The notes below the pieces were generated by a model. The model was not told the DNA's origin. It saw only the letters and a list, made by a program, of their open reading frames with translations, and ran no database searches. Shown one piece after another: positions 23,123 to 27,148 of a stretch of DNA of 27,148 bases. Position 1 is the first letter of the stretch. The number at the start of each line of letters is the position of its first letter. Source of the stretch: Deinococcales bacterium (GTDB lineage: Bacteria > Deinococcota > Deinococci > Deinococcales > JAAFIG01); assembly GCA_031391225.1 (NCBI GenBank), contig JANMUC010000435.1:1-27148 (forward strand), written 5' to 3'. The translations under genes were made by a program, and so were the position numbers.

Positions 23123-24385
23123 TTACTTCTTGGGTTTGTACCAAGCCTCGAGGTTCTTTTGCACCATATCGGCAGCAGCTTTTGGTGTCATTGTACCGTT
23201 CAGAACGCCAGCGCTGGCAGCCCAAAGGTCATTTTCGTTGTTGAGCTTTTCATTGCGTGACAAAATCTGGTAGCTCGAGCGAATTGTGCTCTCACAGTCA
23301 TCACGCCAACCCACGAATTCTTGTGCCAGTGGGTCTTTGAGCTTGATCTTGGCTTTGGAGAGCGAGAAGAAACCAGGCAGCGCATTGGCGTAAATCTCGG
23401 CAAATTCTGGGGTGGTCATCCACTCGAGGAACTTCTTGGCGGATTCTTTGTTCTTGCTGTTGGCGTTCAAGCCCGTGGCAATGTCGGTGTGGTCGCTGAT
23501 GTAGCACTTTTTCGCGCCCGCTGGAAGTGGTGGTTTGAACGCGCCGAGTTCAAATTTGGCGTTGGCTCGGAAGCCCGAAATTTCCCATGAACCGCTGGGG
23601 TAAATCGCACCACGTCCCAACGAAAACAGGTTTTGGGCGTCTGGATACGAAACGCTTTGATAACCTTGCTCGAGGTACGGCGTCCATTTTGCCAGGGCTT
23701 GGAAGGTGCGTAAAAAGCCGCCCGTGTTGTACTTGGCTTTGCCTGCAATCAAGCCCAAACGACCTGTCTCGCCTTGCCAGTAGTTGGGTCCAATGTTTTG
23801 AAAGCCAACTGTGGCACTTTCCCATTGGTCTTTTGTGCCCATGACCAGTGGTGCGTACTTGCCGTTTTTCTTGACGGTTGCGAGCAGTTTGTAAAACTCA
23901 GCTTCAGTTTTTGGTTCGGTCAATTTGAGTTCGGCAAAGATCGCTTTGTTGTAGATAAAGCCGTGAATCACACTTGCCATTGGCACACAAAAAGTATTTT
24001 TACCATCATCGGTTTGCCAAGCACTTTTGGCGACATTCGAGAAATTGCTCATGCCAGCAATGTCATTCAGGCTTGCCAGGTTTCCTTTGTTGTACAACTC
24101 GAGCGACTTGTCAAACGGACGACAGGTAATCAGATCGCCTGCGCTGCCACCTTGAAGCTTGGCGTCCAGGGCGCTGTTGTACTCGGCTGGAGCACTTGGC
24201 GCGAAGGTCACTTCAATGTCAGGAAATTTTTTATTGAACGCTGGAATAATCTCGTTCTGCCAGATTTTCAGGTCGTCGTTGCGCCAAGATTCAATACTGA
24301 TCTTGGTTTTACCCTGACCGAACGCGAGTCCCGCAAGTGCCACGCCACCTGCGAGTAAAAGGAAAACCGATGCCGATTTCTTCAT
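23123..24385 (-). CDS. Sugar ABC transporter substrate-binding protein (family 1)
   Basis: RBS AAGGAGG; signal peptide without lipobox Cys; AGDLITCRPFD, FIYNK.IF..L, GAIYPSGSWE. Confidence 0.93.
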   Translation of the reverse strand: MKKSASVFLLLAGGVALAGLAFGQGKTKISIESWRNDDLKIWQNEIIPAFNKKFPDIEVTFAPSAPAEYNSALDAKLQGGSAGDLITCRPFDKSLELYNKGNLASLNDIAGMSNFSNVAKSAWQTDDGKNTFCVPMASVIHGFIYNKAIFAELKLTEPKTEAEFYKLLATVKKNGKYAPLVMGTKDQWESATVGFQNIGPNYWQGETGRLGLIAGKAKYNTGGFLRTFQALAKWTPYLEQGYQSVSYPDAQNLFSLGRGAIYPSGSWEISGFRANAKFELGAFKPPLPAGAKKCYISDHTDIATGLNANSKNKESAKKFLEWMTTPEFAEIYANALPGFFSLSKAKIKLKDPLAQEFVGWRDDCESTIRSSYQILSRNEKLNNENDLWAASAGVLNGTMTPKAAADMVQKNLEAWYKPKK

Positions 24386-24512
24386 CCCGTGCCTCCTTGT
24401 GGGCGTGTTCCGCCCCGTTCTGATGTTGAGAATATCAGCCTATCTCGAGGTATGCTGAAAACGCAAATCAAATTGTAATATCTGAATAACTTCGTTTTTG
24501 ACTGGAGGGATT

Positions 24513-25499
24513 GTGCGCGTTGGAATCGTCGGGACTGGTTCAATGGGGTCTGTACACGCCCAAGCCTGGCTTCAGGCGGGTGTAGAGCTTTCTGGTGTGA
24601 TCTCAGGGCATCTCGAGCACGCCCAAACCTTCGCCCAAAAACATGAGATCCAAGCTTTCTCGAGGTTGGAGGAAATGCTCGAGGTGGTGGATGTGCTCGA
24701 TATTTGCGCCCCAACGCATTTGCACCGCGATATGACCGAAGCTGCCGCCAAGGCTGGCAAGCACGTGATCTGCGAAAAACCGATTGCGTTGACCCTCAAA
24801 GATTCAAAAGCCATGATCGAAGTTTGCTCGAGTCAGAACGTGCGGTTGTTTATCGCCCAAGTCGTCAGGTTTTTCCCGCAGTATCGTGCCGCTCAAGAAA
24901 TTCTTGCCAGTGGTCAACTCGGAAACCTTGGCGTGTTGCGCCTGAAACGCGCTGGGTATCAACCAAGCTTGAACTGGTTTTTAGACGAAACAAAATCTGG
25001 CGGCATGGTCATGGATTTGATGATTCACGATTTCGATTACGCCCTCTGGATTGGTGGCAAAGTATCTCGAGTTTATGCCACCTCCGCTCGAGCCTCTAAC
25101 CCAACCTCGAGCGGAGATTACGCCCTTGTAACCCTGGGTTTTGAATCTGGCGCGATGGCACAAATTGAGGGTGGTTGGTGTTACCCAAAAGGTACGTTTC
25201 GTACCAGCCTGGACATTGCTGGCAGCCAGGGTCTTATCGAATGGCATTCGGACAACTCGAGTACCATCAAAAGTTTCCTCGAGCCTCAAAATTCGGGTGT
25301 TGGTGCGGTTGGGATTCCTAGTTCAGTGCTGACCGAAGACCCGTACACCACTCAGATCAAACATTTCAAACATGCCATCACCACGAACACGCCCTTTGAT
25401 GTCACGCCCGAAGATGCCCTGGCAGCTTTAGAAATCGCCCTCGCCGCTCGAGAATCCCTGAAATCAGGTCGCGCCGTGCATTTGGGAAGCTCGAGATGA
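24513..25499 (+). CDS. Gfo/Idh/MocA family oxidoreductase
   Basis: RBS GGAGG before GTG 24513; VGIVGTGSMG Rossmann fold, PTHLH, CEKP, DLMIHD.D. Confidence 0.93.
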   Translation: MRVGIVGTGSMGSVHAQAWLQAGVELSGVISGHLEHAQTFAQKHEIQAFSRLEEMLEVVDVLDICAPTHLHRDMTEAAAKAGKHVICEKPIALTLKDSKAMIEVCSSQNVRLFIAQVVRFFPQYRAAQEILASGQLGNLGVLRLKRAGYQPSLNWFLDETKSGGMVMDLMIHDFDYALWIGGKVSRVYATSARASNPTSSGDYALVTLGFESGAMAQIEGGWCYPKGTFRTSLDIAGSQGLIEWHSDNSSTIKSFLEPQNSGVGAVGIPSSVLTEDPYTTQIKHFKHAITTNTPFDVTPEDALAALEIALAARESLKSGRAVHLGSSR

Positions 25500-26497
25500 G
25501 GGTCGGTATCATGAGCTTCGCGCACCTTCACGCCGAAGGGTATATCGGTTTGCTGCGCTCAATGCCCAACGTTGAAGTTATCGGATTCTCTGACCTTGAC
25601 CCAACTCGAGGCATGAAAATAGCGCAACAATACTCGAGCCACTGGTATCCAAGCCACGAAACGCTGCTCGAGCAAGACCTTGACGCCGTGATTGTCTGCA
25701 CCGAAAACGCCACGCGCCGCGAAGCCGTCGAAATGGCGGCTCGAGCGGGCTGTCATATTTTGTGCGAGAAACCGATTTCGGTCACGCTCGAGGATGCCCT
25801 GGCAATGCGTGATGCGGTCACAAGCTCTGGCGTGAATTTCATGACCGCCTTCCCAATGCGTTTTGACCCGAGCCTCCAAATTTTGCGCGAACGCATTCAA
25901 GCTGGCGATCTTGGGCGCGTCTACGGCATGAACGGCATCAACCATTCAGAAATTCCCAAAGCCCACCGCGCCTGGTTCGCAGACCGTGAACTCGCTGGTG
26001 GCGGCGCGGTCATGGATCACACCGTTCACCTGACCGACCTCTACCGCTGGATTTTCGACACCGAAATTCTCGAGGTGTACGCCGAAGTCAGCAACCCGTT
26101 TTACCCAGACGTGGACGTGGACACTGCTGGAATAATCACCCTCAAACTTGAGAATGGCATGTTCGCAGGGATTGATTGCAGTTGGTCGCGCCCAACCACT
26201 TACCCACGCTGGGGACACCTGAAACTCGAGGTGGTGGGCGAACGCGGGTCGCTCGAGATTGATGCTTTCGCGCAACATTTAACCGTCACCAGCAGCAAAC
26301 CAGTCATCAGAAACCCAAACTGGCACGGTTGGGGCAGCGATCCGAACAAAGCCATGCTGACAGAATTTTTTGCCAGCATTACCGAGGCTCGAGAACCCAG
26401 CGTGACCTGGAAAGATGGGTTTGAGGCTTTAAGGGTGGCGTTGACCTGTTATGAGTCAGCGGGGATTGGGCAACCTGTGAGGCTCGAGAATTTGTAG
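25496..26497 (+). CDS. Gfo/Idh/MocA family oxidoreductase
   Basis: ATGA coupling; CEKP, GGGAVMDHTVHLTD. Confidence 0.92.
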   Translation: MRVGIMSFAHLHAEGYIGLLRSMPNVEVIGFSDLDPTRGMKIAQQYSSHWYPSHETLLEQDLDAVIVCTENATRREAVEMAARAGCHILCEKPISVTLEDALAMRDAVTSSGVNFMTAFPMRFDPSLQILRERIQAGDLGRVYGMNGINHSEIPKAHRAWFADRELAGGGAVMDHTVHLTDLYRWIFDTEILEVYAEVSNPFYPDVDVDTAGIITLKLENGMFAGIDCSWSRPTTYPRWGHLKLEVVGERGSLEIDAFAQHLTVTSSKPVIRNPNWHGWGSDPNKAMLTEFFASITEAREPSVTWKDGFEALRVALTCYESAGIGQPVRLENL

Positions 26498-26589
26498 TTT
26501 CAAGAATCAAAAAAGAGTAGGGACAAGCCCATACACTCCGACTCAATCATATTTTCTATTTCTCAAACACAAAAATCTGCAATTGCCCT

Positions 26590-26671
26590 GTCTACCCTCA
26601 TCCCCAACCCTTCTCCCGTCTTGACCATAAAACGCACCTGCGGGCATGGTCGCAACATCAGGAGAAGGGAG
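26590..26671 (-). repeat. Second copy of the 46-bp REP-like element (44/46 identical) interrupted by a 36-nt hairpin module (26618-26653)
   Basis: Direct comparison with the reverse complement of 23071-23116. Confidence 0.85.
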
Positions 26672-26708
26672 TTCGATTCTTTTACACGTGTGACTCAAGG
26701 TTTTTCGT

Positions 26709-26759
26709 CCTTCTCCCGCCATGCGGGAGAAGGTGGCGAGCTTGCTCGCCCGATGAGGG
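26709..26759 (+). repeat. REP-like double hairpin
   Basis: CCTTCTCCCGC-cat-GCGGGAGAAGG, GGCGAGC-tt-GCTCGCC, cGATGAGGG. Confidence 0.75.
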
Positions 26760-26861
26760 CTTCAGGTGAGATACAGCATATTTTCTTGTGTCAGAAACGA
26801 GTTCTTGTATTATTAAGTCGGAGTCAATGGAACAAGCCTTACCCCTACGGGAATTGCTTGT

Positions 26862-26887
26862 GTAGGGTGCGACCCTCGTGGTCGCCC
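26862..26887 (+). repeat. GTAG-type REP
   Basis: GTAG-GGT-GCGACC-ctcgt-GGTCGC-CC. Confidence 0.65.
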
Positions 26888-26917
26888 TTGCCACCAAATC
26901 GGTAAGTTATTAAATGC

Positions 26918-27133
26918 CTAAAGATTCGAGTAAGTGGCATAAGCGACACATCTGCTGAGTTTCTGCCAAAAGTCGAGTTCGTCCTGTTCGACTTCAAATC
27001 GTATTAATGGGTCAGTTTTTTGGTCACCTTTTCTCGCCCAATACACAAGAGCCTCAAAATCAGTGCGGTATGTCCAGTTCGCATGGGCAATTGCATTTCG
27101 TAACGCACGAATACGAGTGGTAAGTACCAACAC
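26918..27133 (-). pseudogene. Possible C-terminal remnant of a HEPN-domain protein
   Basis: LRNAIAH (RxxxxH) motif; frame closed by TAG immediately upstream of the GTG, so a frameshifted or truncated gene if real. Confidence 0.4.
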
Positions 27134-27148
27134 CTAAATAAGTTAAAC

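Larger units (their letters stand above)
1..27148. repeat. Highly iterated palindrome CTCGAG
   Basis: Hand count about 84 (1-11866), 61 (element) and 42 (right flank), versus about 7 expected for a hexamer in 27 kb. Confidence 0.95.

Overview
Bacterial chromosomal window, most likely Deinococcota (inferred from the conserved NarL-type regulator, a Deinococcus/Thermus-style RecG and eight genes with a TANNNT box 5-6 nt before the start codon, i.e. leaderless promoters). Left flank (1-11789): truncated hybrid CheA-CheW-REC kinase, NarL-family regulator, two Ser/Thr kinases, two GNATs, recG, DUF3885-like protein and an MFS transporter. Centre: an ~8.1-kb element integrated in tRNA-Pro(GGG), bounded by a perfect 45-bp direct repeat (11822-11866 / 19919-19963). 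It encodes a tyrosine integrase, an excisionase-like protein, a two-tyrosine HUH rolling-circle Rep, a zinc-less primase-ZBD-like protein, a RelE-type toxin-antitoxin operon, two divergent ribbon-helix-helix regulators and several unknown proteins. I recognise no capsid, packaging ATPase, coupling protein or T4SS gene in it. Right flank: membrane protein, sugar ABC transporter (binding protein plus two permeases), two Gfo/Idh/MocA oxidoreductases, a REP-like palindrome cluster and a HEPN-like remnant. Three signals not explained by the genes: (i) CTCGAG is iterated about 185-190 times by hand count (roughly 7 expected), in the element as well as the host DNA; (ii) all three TAAACTCGAG decamers sit at a leaderless start; (iii) a 36-37-nt covarying hairpin module occurs twice, each time inside the loop of a different palindrome. 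All family assignments are from motif recognition by eye, with no database searches.
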